Below, in pieces: positions 26,868 to 37,024 of a stretch of DNA of 64,000 nucleotides (positions within the stretch are counted from its first letter, which is position 1; every line of letters starts with the position of its first letter). Below the pieces are notes generated by a model. The model was given only the letters and a program-made list of their open reading frames with translations. It searched no databases and was not told the origin of the DNA. A program made the translations under genes and the position numbers. Origin of the DNA: a virus; the IMG/VR virus record IMGVR_UViG_3300045988_121186, positions 1-64,000 of that record. One strand, written 5' to 3'.

Positions 26868-28568
26868 ATGACAACAATCATATACGTGTCAGCTATTTTA
26901 GCTGTAGTGATTATTTTGACAATCATCGGAGTCTTATCAAGGTATCGTAGATGTAAACCTAATCAAGTCTTGGTCGTTTATGGTAAGACAGGTGGGGAAA
27001 AGAAATCGGCGAAATTATATCATGGTGGAGCGGCATTCGTCTTGCCTATTATTCAAAGCTATGATATTTTGTCTATGGAGCCTATGCAAATAGATTGTAG
27101 GCTCACCGGTGCTTTGTCGTCTCAAAATATCAGAGTGGATGTACCTACTACTATTACAGTAGCAATCAGCACAAATCCTGAAATTATGCAGAATGCAGCA
27201 GAAAGGCTTTTGGGGATGGATACTGAATCTACTGAAAATCTTATTACGGATATCGTTTATGGCCAAATGCGTTTGATCATTGCTGAAATGACGATTGAAA
27301 AACTTAATTCTGACAGGGATGAGTTTTTGGATAAGGCAAGAAAAAACATTGATAACGAACTTAATAAGTTAGGCCTTTACCTCCTAAATATCAACATCAG
27401 TGACATCAGAGACGAAGCCGGCTATATCATGAATCTTGGCAAAGAAGCTGAAAGTAAGGCCCTGAACGAAGCACAGGCTAATATCGAAGAACAGGAAAAG
27501 CTGGGTGCTATTAAGATTGCTGTACAGCAAAAGGAAAAAGAAACGGCTGTAGCTAATACCCAAAAAGAGCAAGAGATTCAAATTGCCTATACTGAAAAAG
27601 AAAAGGAAACGGTAGTAGCTGAAACAAAGAAAGAAAAAGAAGTAGCTTTGGCTTTAACCGATAAAGAAAAACAGATCGGTGTAGCTCAAGCCGATAGAGA
27701 TAGGGCTGCGGTTATTGCAAAGACTTTGGCTGATAAGGAATCAGCGATCGCAAGATCTAAGGCAGAACTTGAGGTAAACAAAGCTGAGGCTGAAAGAATG
27801 GAAGAAGTCGGAAAGAATAAGGCTGAGGCTGATAAACAAGCAGCTATAGCAATCCAAGATTCCGAAGCTCAGATCAAGAAAGCTGAAGCTGAGAAAAACG
27901 CATCTGTGGGTTATAACAATGCCCAGAAAGAGGTTGCTATATCAGAATCAGAATTACAGGTTATCAAAGCTCAATCAGAAAAGAGGGCTGGAGAAGAGAG
28001 GGTTAAGTCGGAAGCGGCTGTAAAAACGGCAAAAGAGCTTGCTGATAAAGAAGTGGAAGAGGCTAAGGCTGAGAAAGTTCAAGCTGCGCTTCGAGCTGAA
28101 AAGATTGTGCCGGCTGAAACCCAGAAGCAAGAAGCTATTTTGCAAGCTGATGCTGAAGCAGAAAAGATTAAACGCCGGGCTGCCGCTGAAGCAGCAGCCA
28201 ATTTGGCAAAAGCAGAAGCCGAAGCAAAGGCTATTAAGATGAAGTTGGAAGCAGAAGCCGAAGGTAAGAAAAAGTCGTTGATGGCAGAAGCAGAGGGATT
28301 TAAGGCTATGGTGGAAGCAGCAGAATCCAATCCTCAGATAGCCATCCAGTACAAGATGGTTAATCAGTGGAAAGAAATTGCTGGAGAACAGGTTAAGGCA
28401 TTTGAGCACATTAACCTCGGAAATATCACGGTATTTGACGGCGGTCAGAACAGTACCGGTAATTTCCTTAACAATGTTGTTAAGACCGTCGCTCCGGCAT
28501 TGGGAGTCATTGATCAGCTTCCGATTGCAGATACTTTAAAGAAGCTAAAAGGAGATGACAAAAAATAA
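26868..28568 (+). CDS. flotillin-like SPFH (band 7) domain protein with a long Ala/Glu/Lys-rich coiled coil (FloT/YuaG-like)
   Basis: N-terminal TM; SPFH region PIIQSYDILSMEPMQID...NIRVDV...IQNAAERLLG; extended KAEAE-type repeats. Confidence 0.65.
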   Translation: MTTIIYVSAILAVVIILTIIGVLSRYRRCKPNQVLVVYGKTGGEKKSAKLYHGGAAFVLPIIQSYDILSMEPMQIDCRLTGALSSQNIRVDVPTTITVAISTNPEIMQNAAERLLGMDTESTENLITDIVYGQMRLIIAEMTIEKLNSDRDEFLDKARKNIDNELNKLGLYLLNINISDIRDEAGYIMNLGKEAESKALNEAQANIEEQEKLGAIKIAVQQKEKETAVANTQKEQEIQIAYTEKEKETVVAETKKEKEVALALTDKEKQIGVAQADRDRAAVIAKTLADKESAIARSKAELEVNKAEAERMEEVGKNKAEADKQAAIAIQDSEAQIKKAEAEKNASVGYNNAQKEVAISESELQVIKAQSEKRAGEERVKSEAAVKTAKELADKEVEEAKAEKVQAALRAEKIVPAETQKQEAILQADAEAEKIKRRAAAEAAANLAKAEAEAKAIKMKLEAEAEGKKKSLMAEAEGFKAMVEAAESNPQIAIQYKMVNQWKEIAGEQVKAFEHINLGNITVFDGGQNSTGNFLNNVVKTVAPALGVIDQLPIADTLKKLKGDDKK

Positions 28569-28721
28569 ATACAATGGCCCATGGTTACACTTGGGCCTAA
28601 TTGAAGAAATAAAAGCAGCATTCATAGATTTCCTGCCGGCAGGAACAGTGCTTTACTAATTACGATATTTTTAACATGGATTTTGGACAAGATTTAGAAC
28701 CAGAAGAACTGACCAAGCATT

Positions 28722-29081
28722 ATGATCAGTATTATGGAATTGATTTTGAAACAGAAGAAGAGGAGGATGAAGAGTATGACTGACGAGGAATTTGTATTGG
28801 ATAATAAGAAAAGGGTTGTTGTAAGAAAAAGAATATCTTATTTAAGCAAAGGGGATAAAGTGTGGATTGTGTCTTCCGACGGGTATCTGCTACACACGGA
28901 CGTGGTTAGAGCCGACCGCGGCCGATCTTATGTGGATATAGACGGTATCCTGTATTGGAAACGAGGATTGGATGGCAAGCATCGTAATCGTAATAACTAC
29001 ATGCAGTTTGCCATGACACCAGAAGACGGTAAGAAGTATGTCGTATATTACCCGGAAGGATTTAAAGACAATGACTTATGA
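28722..29081 (+). CDS. hypothetical protein (119 aa; alternative start M at about 28766)
   Basis: ORF. Confidence 0.45.
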   Translation: MISIMELILKQKKRRMKSMTDEEFVLDNKKRVVVRKRISYLSKGDKVWIVSSDGYLLHTDVVRADRGRSYVDIDGILYWKRGLDGKHRNRNNYMQFAMTPEDGKKYVVYYPEGFKDNDL

Positions 29082-30097
29082 TGGTCCCGGAAACGCATTT
29101 GCTATATAAGGAGTTTAATGGTGTGAAACGTCTTGCCATATCTTATTCCCAGATAGATACGTTTCTTACTTGTCCAATGAAATGGTATAAAACTTACGTG
29201 GAGGGCAAAAGGTCTACGGAAAAACAAGAAGCTACGTCTTATGGTACGGTTATTCATAAGACACTGGAATACTTCTTCAAGAACGGAAGACAGCCTTCTG
29301 GCAAAGACCTGGGGGAAGCTATAAGTTACTATGCTTACCAAGAAGACATACCTTGGCAATCACCGGAAAATATGATGATAGCCATGAAGCAATCTGGAGA
29401 GCTTCTTGCTTGGATTGTGGATCTGTTCAAAAAAGACGGCAATAGGTTTATGATAGCTGATAGTGATCTTAATCCCTGCGAGAAACTTATCAGACACGGC
29501 GCTATAGTTGGAGTCGAAGAAGATTTTGTGCTGCCGTACCGTCTTCCTAAGCCTGTTAACATAAATGGAGTAATTCATACTCATGTGTACATAGTAGGAT
29601 CGGTAGACCTTCATCTGGCTATAAAAAGCAAGAACGTAGTTCACCATTATGTCATAGATTGGAAATCAGGTAATAAGGTTTTTGATTCTAAGAAGTTGGA
29701 AACGAATTTACAGCATCCTATATATTCGTTTTACATCTATAGAAAATATGGTGGAGTTCTGCCAGATATGAACATCTATTTCTTTACCAGGACCAGACAA
29801 TACCAAAAGGTTAAGGTGGATGAGGAACGTAAAACAAAATCTATAGAGATGCTAAATGACACTTTGTCTAAAATGTATGATTTTGAAGATAATAGTGTAA
29901 AAACATTTCAGGCATACATCCAGGGAGCAGAAGGAGCCAGGTATAGCAAGCGGCGTGCCACCCTAAGCCAGCCTGTTCCGCAAAACAAGCTACCCTGCCC
30001 GTCAGCACTGTGTTACTATTGTGACTTTGGATTACATAACAAAAACGAATGCCCTTTCTCTTCGGATTGGGATCCGTCTAAAAAGATAAAACGATGA
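29078..30097 (+). CDS. Cas4/RecB-like PD-(D/E)XK nuclease with a C-terminal Fe-S cysteine cluster
   Basis: N-terminal Cys in FLTCPMKW; GTVIHKTLE; IVGSVDLHL...VIDWKSGNK (D..DxK); YSFYIY; C-terminal CPSALCYYCDF...ECPF. Confidence 0.6.
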   Translation: MMVPETHLLYKEFNGVKRLAISYSQIDTFLTCPMKWYKTYVEGKRSTEKQEATSYGTVIHKTLEYFFKNGRQPSGKDLGEAISYYAYQEDIPWQSPENMMIAMKQSGELLAWIVDLFKKDGNRFMIADSDLNPCEKLIRHGAIVGVEEDFVLPYRLPKPVNINGVIHTHVYIVGSVDLHLAIKSKNVVHHYVIDWKSGNKVFDSKKLETNLQHPIYSFYIYRKYGGVLPDMNIYFFTRTRQYQKVKVDEERKTKSIEMLNDTLSKMYDFEDNSVKTFQAYIQGAEGARYSKRRATLSQPVPQNKLPCPSALCYYCDFGLHNKNECPFSSDWDPSKKIKR

Positions 30098-30263
30098 AAT
30101 ACGAGGACGTTCAAAAGTTAAGAACAAAATACCGGCAAGATCCGGAAGTTATAAACGTAGAATACATGAGAGACGTTGCTGTAAGATGTGGGAATTTCAA
30201 GAAAGCATTTGAACTTCAGGAGAAGCTGGAGGATATATGGTTTAACTACTTAAAGGGAGTCCA

Positions 30264-30593
30264 ATGAAAGAAGATCTAATATGTGGAGTAGCGATCCTTT
30301 TGTATTTAGTTTTATTATACTTGCTCACGACAGCTTTCATAAAAACAGGTAGAGCAGTAGATCGTTATAAGATGAAGAAGAAAACTGACAAAATCAAAGT
30401 AGGTCAAAGATACGAACATAAGAACTACTTTGAGGATCCATTTGAAAGAGGCAAGCATGTGATTAAGATATTAGACATAAAAGAAGGGTACGTTCTATAT
30501 GAGTACGAAGAAAAACCATATATACGTTCTTCTGTGAGTCTTGAAGATATTGTTAAAAAATACATTTTAATTACTGATGTTAAACACAAGTAA
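30264..30593 (+). CDS. small membrane protein (109 aa)
   Basis: N-terminal hydrophobic helix. Confidence 0.45.
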   Translation: MKEDLICGVAILLYLVLLYLLTTAFIKTGRAVDRYKMKKKTDKIKVGQRYEHKNYFEDPFERGKHVIKILDIKEGYVLYEYEEKPYIRSSVSLEDIVKKYILITDVKHK

Positions 30594-30596
30594 GTC

Positions 30597-30974
30597 ATGA
30601 AAAAAGAAGTCACAATCAAGGAAGATATGGCTGTGTTTTATAAAAATACAGGAAAAGAACTATGGATTTATAACGGACTTTTCAGAAACAAGGTGTTGTC
30701 TATAAAAAAAGATAAAGCCATTATCATGTGTGAAACTGATGCTGAATATGCTGTACTGATAGAAGATAATCAGTTTATTGCCGTAGCAAAAAACATGGAT
30801 TATGATTACTGCTGCGCATTCACATTAGGTAATGCCGAGGCTTATGGGGATCGTATGGGCATATCGTGCAGTGTATGCTTGCTTGAAGATAACGAAGATA
30901 AAGCAAGGGAGATGTTGAAAGAGGCGATAATAGAACTTTCAAAAAACAGTAAAATAGATTGCGATGGGCTTTGA
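30597..30974 (+). CDS. hypothetical protein (125 aa)
   Basis: ORF. Confidence 0.5.
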   Translation: MKKEVTIKEDMAVFYKNTGKELWIYNGLFRNKVLSIKKDKAIIMCETDAEYAVLIEDNQFIAVAKNMDYDYCCAFTLGNAEAYGDRMGISCSVCLLEDNEDKAREMLKEAIIELSKNSKIDCDGL

Positions 30975-32385
30975 ACTTAGACCTTACCAAAAAGAGGCAG
31001 TAGATGCCGGGCTTAAGTTCCTTACAGGAAGATCTAAGAAGCCTGGCATAGAAGTCTTGCCGTGTGCAGCGGGGAAGTCTTTGATAATTAGCAAGATAGC
31101 TCATGAATTAAAAAGACCTATCCTTGTATTACAGCCATCTAAAGAGATTCTGGAGCAGAATTATGCGAAGGCTGTATCATTCGGTTCTAAACCTACCATA
31201 TATTCTGCTTCATGTAAAAAAAAAGAGTTATCGGCTATGACTTATGCTACACTTAAAAGCATAAAGAAAGACGTAGCAAGGTTGAAAGATATAGGGATAG
31301 ACACATTATTGATAGATGAGGTGCATAGCGGGTATTCTCCTGAAGAAGGTTCTGAATTTATGGAGTTTATGAACAGGTTCCCAGAGGCGAAGGTGCTGGG
31401 CTTCACCGCCACTCCCTGCCGCCTCCGAACCTACAGTTCCATGCTGGAAGGAAACTACAGCAAGCTCAATATGCTGACGAAAGACGAGCATAATTTCTTC
31501 AAGAAAATAGTTCATGTGACTCAAATACAAGAATTAACTTCTCAAGGGTTTTGGTGTCCACTTAAGTACGAACGATGGTCTTTTGATGAATCGGCTCTGA
31601 TGTTGAACAGCACCGGAGCTGAATACACCAACGAATCTATTAAAGAAAGTATTGTACGAAATGGCTTAAACAACTCTATCTACAAGCGCCTTCTTCAACT
31701 TATGAACGAACGTAAAGCCATTTTGGTTTGCATGGATTCTATTGAATCATGTAATAGAATATCAGAGTTCATGAATGCCAAGATGGGAGCCATAACCGGT
31801 GTCGTAACATCGCTAACAACCAAAAAGAAAAGAGAGCAAATTATATCCGATTTCAAAGAAGGAAAGTTGAAGGTGGTTTTTAATTATTCAACGCTTGCTA
31901 CCGGATTTGATTTTCCTGAACTTGATTGTGTGATGTTTGGTCGCCCAACATTCTCATATTCAACATATTACCAAATATTAGGCCGCGCCGTCCGCATCCA
32001 TCCTGACAAGAAAGAGGCGCTGATAGTTGATTGCTGCGACAACATGAGGCGTTTCGGTCGGATAGAAGACTTGACAATCGAACAATTTCCTTCTAAGGGC
32101 TGGTGTATGTTTGCCGGAGATCAACTTCTGTCCAATATAAGGATGGGTGATATTATTACCAAAGACGAGATCCTTCGCCGGGCAGCCTCGCTTAAATCTG
32201 TGAATGGAGATGGTAGGAGAGAAGACGATCTTGACAGTATAATAATGTGGTTTGGTAAATATGAAGGGATTAGATTCAAGGACATACCGGTGTCGTATTT
32301 TAGGTTCTTGGCTGAGAATATGGCAGTAAAACCAGGAGATAGAAAAGAAAAGATTATCGAATATTATAATAGAATAAAGGCATGA
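30964..32385 (+). CDS. SF2 DEAD/DEAH-box DNA helicase
   Basis: Motif I PCAAGKS, motif II LLIDEVHSG, motif III TATP, motif VI QILGRAVR. Confidence 0.75.
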   Translation: MGFELRPYQKEAVDAGLKFLTGRSKKPGIEVLPCAAGKSLIISKIAHELKRPILVLQPSKEILEQNYAKAVSFGSKPTIYSASCKKKELSAMTYATLKSIKKDVARLKDIGIDTLLIDEVHSGYSPEEGSEFMEFMNRFPEAKVLGFTATPCRLRTYSSMLEGNYSKLNMLTKDEHNFFKKIVHVTQIQELTSQGFWCPLKYERWSFDESALMLNSTGAEYTNESIKESIVRNGLNNSIYKRLLQLMNERKAILVCMDSIESCNRISEFMNAKMGAITGVVTSLTTKKKREQIISDFKEGKLKVVFNYSTLATGFDFPELDCVMFGRPTFSYSTYYQILGRAVRIHPDKKEALIVDCCDNMRRFGRIEDLTIEQFPSKGWCMFAGDQLLSNIRMGDIITKDEILRRAASLKSVNGDGRREDDLDSIIMWFGKYEGIRFKDIPVSYFRFLAENMAVKPGDRKEKIIEYYNRIKA

Positions 32386-32738
32386 ACGACAAGAGAAGAA
32401 AAAAAATATTGGGTGTTATTAAAAACGTAGATAAGTATAAAACGGATTTTGAATACATCAAATCAAAGTTGTCAGAGTTGAAGCACAACATAAATTCAGC
32501 CAAAGATGATGTTGATATGATTTTAGACGAAGAGACTGAGGCGAGAGATAATATACCTGAATCGTTACAAGACTCAGAAAGATATTGGGAATCAGATCAG
32601 GCTGTAACTTATATGGAGGAGGTGGTTGATGACATGGAAGGTATTATAAATGATTTAGATGATGTGATTTCAACCATAGATGGGAGCATTAAAACTATAA
32701 ATGGTTCTATTAAAGTAAATTTGGAAGGAATAATATAA
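32382..32738 (+). CDS. hypothetical acidic protein (118 aa)
   Basis: ORF. Confidence 0.45.
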   Translation: MNDKRRKKILGVIKNVDKYKTDFEYIKSKLSELKHNINSAKDDVDMILDEETEARDNIPESLQDSERYWESDQAVTYMEEVVDDMEGIINDLDDVISTIDGSIKTINGSIKVNLEGII

Positions 32739-33026
32739 ATGGAAACAAATGAATTAAGGGAAATACTTAAATTGTATGGTCTTCAACATGATGTTGTTAT
32801 CAACAAGAGTTCAAGAAGGTATTCTATTATCTTAGATAATAACATAATAGGAACCAATCACGACAAAGAGAGGGTGGTTGTATTCCGTCCTATACCAGAA
32901 GGGAAGAACACGTTATGCATGGAACGAGATAGGTTCTATACGGAGTTTGAAGAGGCTTTTGATGATGATAAGGCTATAGAAGTCGTAAGACAATATTTTG
33001 AAAACAACAAAAACAGAAAGTCATGA
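32739..33026 (+). CDS. hypothetical protein (95 aa)
   Basis: ORF. Confidence 0.45.
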   Translation: METNELREILKLYGLQHDVVINKSSRRYSIILDNNIIGTNHDKERVVVFRPIPEGKNTLCMERDRFYTEFEEAFDDDKAIEVVRQYFENNKNRKS

Positions 33027-33364
33027 AAGAAAACGAAATATTTAGGTTGAAAGGCAGAATCGCTATATCCAACCTATCACGTGAAGACAAGGATATGATA
33101 AATAGCATCCTTGATGGTGTCAATAAAAAGGATGAAGAGGAAAAAGGATATGTCTATACCGTGAGAGTAAAACTAAACAACGGAAAGGTTGCACATGCTA
33201 CTTTATTTTTTAAAGACAAGAAAGGTCCCACATTTGAAGACTTAGAGAAGGAGCTTGATGATATGGGAGTTAAAAGTGATGATTATAGCAATAACGGCAT
33301 AATTATCATTAACCGCATTGTTATGAGCGGAGAAGAATTTGATCGCTTTGCAAAAGAAAAATGA
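33023..33364 (+). CDS. hypothetical protein (113 aa)
   Basis: ORF. Confidence 0.45.
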   Translation: MKENEIFRLKGRIAISNLSREDKDMINSILDGVNKKDEEEKGYVYTVRVKLNNGKVAHATLFFKDKKGPTFEDLEKELDDMGVKSDDYSNNGIIIINRIVMSGEEFDRFAKEK

Positions 33365-33408
33365 TGGACTATATTATTATATCAAACAATTAAAACGACG
33401 ATAAAACA

Positions 33409-34152
33409 ATGGAAAAGATGGATGATATTATTATCCCAAAGGGGGAAAGAGTGGTTATTAACAAAGATGTTCATGCTTATAAAACATTAGTAGCCCAAAA
33501 AGGACTTAAGGTTGTGTGTGAAAAAGATATCAAAAAGGGAGATAAGGAGGCTACGCTGTCGTATGAAGGTCGTATGGAAATCGATATACCAATTGAATAT
33601 ATACTGAAGAGTAATAATATCCTTTTCAAAGAGGGAGAATTACTTTTTGTTAAAAAGGATTATTCTTTTAAAGATAACATTGTTCCTGGAGGAGCTATAG
33701 TTGAGTTGGCGGAAGATGTCTATAATGTAGATGTTATGGCTGTCATATATTATGAAGGGGGAAAGACTTGTATGCCATTAGAATTATTAGAACCTGTTAG
33801 TTCAGAAAAAGGCAATAGTGAAAAAGAAGGGAAATCAGTGAAAAATGACATCATTGATGATAAACTACGATGGGATTTGCTTCCGATGGAAGAAATTGAG
33901 GATATTGTAAGAGTCTATCATGCCGGAGCCAAGAAATATGGTCCTAATACTTGGCAGGATCTTGACAATGGCTTTGAACGGTACCGTGCTGCGGCTGCCA
34001 GACATATAATGGCATACCTGAAAGGAGAGAGAATGGATAAAGAGACGAACGTGCACCATTTAGCTGCGGCTGCATGGAATGTTATAACTATGCTGTGGTA
34101 TGACAAACACGGAAAAGGGTTAATGCCTTTAAACAAGGAGGAAAAGAAATGA
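33409..34152 (+). CDS. two-domain protein: N-terminal IIPKG-type small domain plus C-terminal dATP/dGTP diphosphohydrolase-like domain
   Basis: C-terminal RWDLLPMEEIEDIVRVYHAGAKKYGPNTWQD...YRAAAARHIMAYLKGE...HHLAAAAWNVITMLWY recalls the phage dNTP diphosphohydrolase N-terminal family (recalled from memory). Confidence 0.4.
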   Translation: MEKMDDIIIPKGERVVINKDVHAYKTLVAQKGLKVVCEKDIKKGDKEATLSYEGRMEIDIPIEYILKSNNILFKEGELLFVKKDYSFKDNIVPGGAIVELAEDVYNVDVMAVIYYEGGKTCMPLELLEPVSSEKGNSEKEGKSVKNDIIDDKLRWDLLPMEEIEDIVRVYHAGAKKYGPNTWQDLDNGFERYRAAAARHIMAYLKGERMDKETNVHHLAAAAWNVITMLWYDKHGKGLMPLNKEEKK

Positions 34153-34457
34153 CAAAAGAACAAATGATTCAACTGTTAGACGACGAGTTTGATGCAATGA
34201 ACAAACATAGAAGTAATATTGAAAGAATTAAAAAGGAATATTTCGATTCTGTTTATGGGTTAAAGAAGGGAGATAAAGTGAGTGTTCTTTACAAACGTTC
34301 GAAAGAGCCTATTGTTGGTTTCTTTAAGAACGTGCAAATCACGAATACTGGAACAGTTATATTTACAATCCAGAAAGCTAATAAAGAAGGAAGACCTGGA
34401 AGAGGATCTTATTTGGTGTATGAAGACGATTTGAGCGAAATCAAAAAAGTAGAATAA
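34149..34457 (+). CDS. hypothetical protein (102 aa)
   Basis: ORF with Shine-Dalgarno. Confidence 0.45.
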   Translation: MTKEQMIQLLDDEFDAMNKHRSNIERIKKEYFDSVYGLKKGDKVSVLYKRSKEPIVGFFKNVQITNTGTVIFTIQKANKEGRPGRGSYLVYEDDLSEIKKVE

Positions 34458-34458
34458 C

Positions 34459-34980
34459 ATGATTAGAGCAAGATTTTACATTAGAAAGGATGACTGTGAC
34501 AATGATTACCGTCCAGTCAAATGGCCTATAAAATATCCATATTGGTGTAGCGCAGAATCCAGTAATTCATTTGTATTGGTAGCGTATGCTGAAGATGAAG
34601 ACAGCATAAAAGAACTGTGGCCGGAGGCGTATGATATTAATGTCTTAGAAAAAGATACCGAAATTAGATTCACATTAAGATTTCCTAAGCCGGAATGGTA
34701 TGAATTATATGAAGAAATGTATGATACATTTGTGTGGATTACAGATACATGTCTGCAAGATGGTAAGATAAGAAAAGTAAAAGCTAAAATAGAAGATTAT
34801 GATGGTACTTTATTAGCCGACACCCCTAATCGGTTCGCTCCTTATACGATAGGGTATCAAGCTTTTAAAAATAAAGAAGAAGCTTTGAAATATGCAGAGG
34901 AACAGAGAACGGATTTAATTAAGTCTCTTAAGTTACAAATACACGAACTTGAAAATCTAAAATTTGAATACGATGATTAA
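34459..34980 (+). CDS. hypothetical protein (173 aa)
   Basis: ORF. Confidence 0.5.
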   Translation: MIRARFYIRKDDCDNDYRPVKWPIKYPYWCSAESSNSFVLVAYAEDEDSIKELWPEAYDINVLEKDTEIRFTLRFPKPEWYELYEEMYDTFVWITDTCLQDGKIRKVKAKIEDYDGTLLADTPNRFAPYTIGYQAFKNKEEALKYAEEQRTDLIKSLKLQIHELENLKFEYDD

Positions 34981-35686
34981 CTATGCAGCAAAAGCCAGAA
35001 AAGCTTATTTGATAAACAATTTCGATAAGATTCTTAACAGCCTCAACACGCTTCATTCAACGGTTGAGACCATGACGTTGTTCGTAAATGACCAGGCTTA
35101 TAATTACATTCTTAAGCTAAAGGAAGTAATTAAAACCAGTCCTATGTATAAGCACAATATCAAGCGTCTTTTAAATGATATGGACAAAGAGATAAAGAGG
35201 TACAATGCTTCTATCTACTACATAAATAAAGAGCGTAGTGAGGTTATAGCTGATATAACACAAGCGATGGAAGATTGCCTCATGCCATACATAGACGATC
35301 TGGCCGGCGCTATAAGGGCAGCCGTGTGGTCGAGGGGTGTGTCCGAGGAGCGGACGGAAGCGGCGGTCCTGGCCCTTATCGTGTCTTCCTTGGCTCTGAC
35401 ATCCGGAAGACTTATTTCAGGTGGATATCAGATTATGAAAGAAATGGGTGGAGGTCAAGGAGGTAACCCGTTTACGTTTATGAGCATTGATAAGATAAGA
35501 TACTTATCTACATTATTATCTGATGCTATTACCAGTGGAGAGATTACTCTTGAAGAAAAAGAAGCCGATGAAATAACTAAGGCGATGGATGTTTTTATTG
35601 AGAAGATGTCCGATTCAGATATTGTTGACAAAGTAATTAGCATACTCGAAGAAGCAGAATCTAAAAATAAGGAGGAACGATCATGA
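34964..35686 (+). CDS. hypothetical protein (240 aa)
   Basis: ORF. Confidence 0.5.
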   Translation: MNTMINYAAKARKAYLINNFDKILNSLNTLHSTVETMTLFVNDQAYNYILKLKEVIKTSPMYKHNIKRLLNDMDKEIKRYNASIYYINKERSEVIADITQAMEDCLMPYIDDLAGAIRAAVWSRGVSEERTEAAVLALIVSSLALTSGRLISGGYQIMKEMGGGQGGNPFTFMSIDKIRYLSTLLSDAITSGEITLEEKEADEITKAMDVFIEKMSDSDIVDKVISILEEAESKNKEERS

Positions 35687-35874
35687 ATTACTTAGATGGG
35701 TACGTAGAAGAGGTTCTTTCCGAGCCGTATTATGATGATTACGGATCGGGAATTTTCAGGTGGTGGGTGAAAGTGTCTTACGATTGTTATGGCATGGGAG
35801 CCGTTACTACCTTAATGTTTGATACAAAAGAAGAAGCGGAAGCGGTAAAACCAGGTTATAAATTTTTGTGTTAA
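35683..35874 (+). CDS. hypothetical protein (63 aa)
   Basis: ORF with Shine-Dalgarno aaggagg. Confidence 0.4.
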   Translation: MNYLDGYVEEVLSEPYYDDYGSGIFRWWVKVSYDCYGMGAVTTLMFDTKEEAEAVKPGYKFLC

Positions 35875-35886
35875 TGATATTGGGAT

Positions 35887-36123
35887 GTGATTATGAAGTA
35901 CTTTATTTTATTGATAATGTTGTTATTGTCATCATGTGATATTGACAATGTTAATACTGGATGGGTTATATGTGATTTAGAACCTTTGAATGATGGGCGT
36001 GTGTTATACAAAGGAGAAGATAATGGCATTACATGTGTTAGTAGTACCAAATACATCAAATTCATTGGACGCCAAGGGGAATACAATATTGGAGATTCTG
36101 TTAAAATCGTAAAAATAGAATAA
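35887..36123 (+). CDS. putative lipoprotein (78 aa)
   Basis: Signal-peptide-like N-terminus ending LLLSSCD (lipobox-like). Confidence 0.45.
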   Translation: MIMKYFILLIMLLLSSCDIDNVNTGWVICDLEPLNDGRVLYKGEDNGITCVSSTKYIKFIGRQGEYNIGDSVKIVKIE

Positions 36124-36124
36124 G

Positions 36125-36604
36125 ATGGAAAAGAATTTAAAACTCGTATGTCCTAAATGTGGCGAATATCACAATCCCAACTCTATACATTCGATGGATG
36201 TATCGGATTTTGTAGAAGGGGATATTAGGACCATTATGGAAGAACGTGGGTGGTGCTTTCAGTGTGCATGCTGGCAGAATATATACAACGTACACAAAGA
36301 CGATCCAGGGTGGATTAGAATAGACGGCGTAAGCTGGATTCTTAAACCTATGGTGGAAAACGTGCCAAGAGGATGGAATGGTCTTGGATGTGGCGGAAAA
36401 AAGATGTATATCAATATCGAAGGGAAAGGCATTGTTGCATCAAATAACTGCTGGTGTCAAGGTAATGTTCCGGATGTGTTTAAGGATCTTATACCGGATA
36501 ATGCTACGTTGGCTACCAAAGAAGAGTTTGACAAAGCTTCTATGGTAGGATATATTATGAATGGCGTTGGTTTAGTTTTTACGGATAGGGTACATTTTTT
36601 ATAA
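36125..36604 (+). CDS. Cys-rich protein (159 aa)
   Basis: CPKCGEYH ... CFQCACW ... CWCQG. Confidence 0.5.
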   Translation: MEKNLKLVCPKCGEYHNPNSIHSMDVSDFVEGDIRTIMEERGWCFQCACWQNIYNVHKDDPGWIRIDGVSWILKPMVENVPRGWNGLGCGGKKMYINIEGKGIVASNNCWCQGNVPDVFKDLIPDNATLATKEEFDKASMVGYIMNGVGLVFTDRVHFL

Positions 36605-36611
36605 ATCAATT

Positions 36612-36629
36612 AAGGTAATTATATACCTT
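36612..36629. promoter_or_regulatory. second copy of the palindromic motif AAGGTAATTATATACCTT
   Basis: Identical core to 16167-16183. Confidence 0.4.
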
Positions 36630-36654
36630 AATCAATTACTTAAAAAAAACAGTT

Positions 36655-36834
36655 ATGAAAACATTAGAAGAATATAAAGAAATGTTTAATCTAAGAGATG
36701 AAGAGATAAAGGAATTTGAATCTTTTTTGCAAGACAAAAACCAAAGTATATACTACTCCAAATTTACCAAAATAGTAAAATATAAAAATGGAGATATTGC
36801 TGGATATGGTTTGGTTCCGCCTGAAAAAAAATGA
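36655..36834 (+). CDS. small hypothetical protein (59 aa); last plus-strand gene before the strand switch
   Basis: ORF not in the supplied track (below 60 aa). Confidence 0.35.
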   Translation: MKTLEEYKEMFNLRDEEIKEFESFLQDKNQSIYYSKFTKIVKYKNGDIAGYGLVPPEKK

Positions 36835-36984
36835 TTTTATGAAAAATTTTGAGAATAATTTTTGATTTGGATATATATATCACACTCTGTGACCTTATCG
36901 AAAAATTCAACTCCTCTTTTGATTTCAATATTTTTAGTTTCTTTTATGAGTAAAAAATAAATTATGGCAGGTTTATATAATTTT

Positions 36985-37017
36985 ACATATAGACGACAGT
37001 ATAGGGTCTATATGTAG
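36985..37017. terminator. 9-bp perfect hairpin (acatataga ... tctatatgt) in the convergent intergenic region; possible bidirectional terminator
   Basis: Perfect stem between convergently transcribed gene blocks. Confidence 0.4.
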
Positions 37018-37024
37018 AATTGTT

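Noticed and set aside
27975-28409. Minus-strand ORFs (144 aa, 83 aa) and the plus ORF 28039..28242 within the flotillin gene
   Set aside because: Generated by the repetitive GCT/GAA-rich coiled-coil coding region; antisense artefacts.
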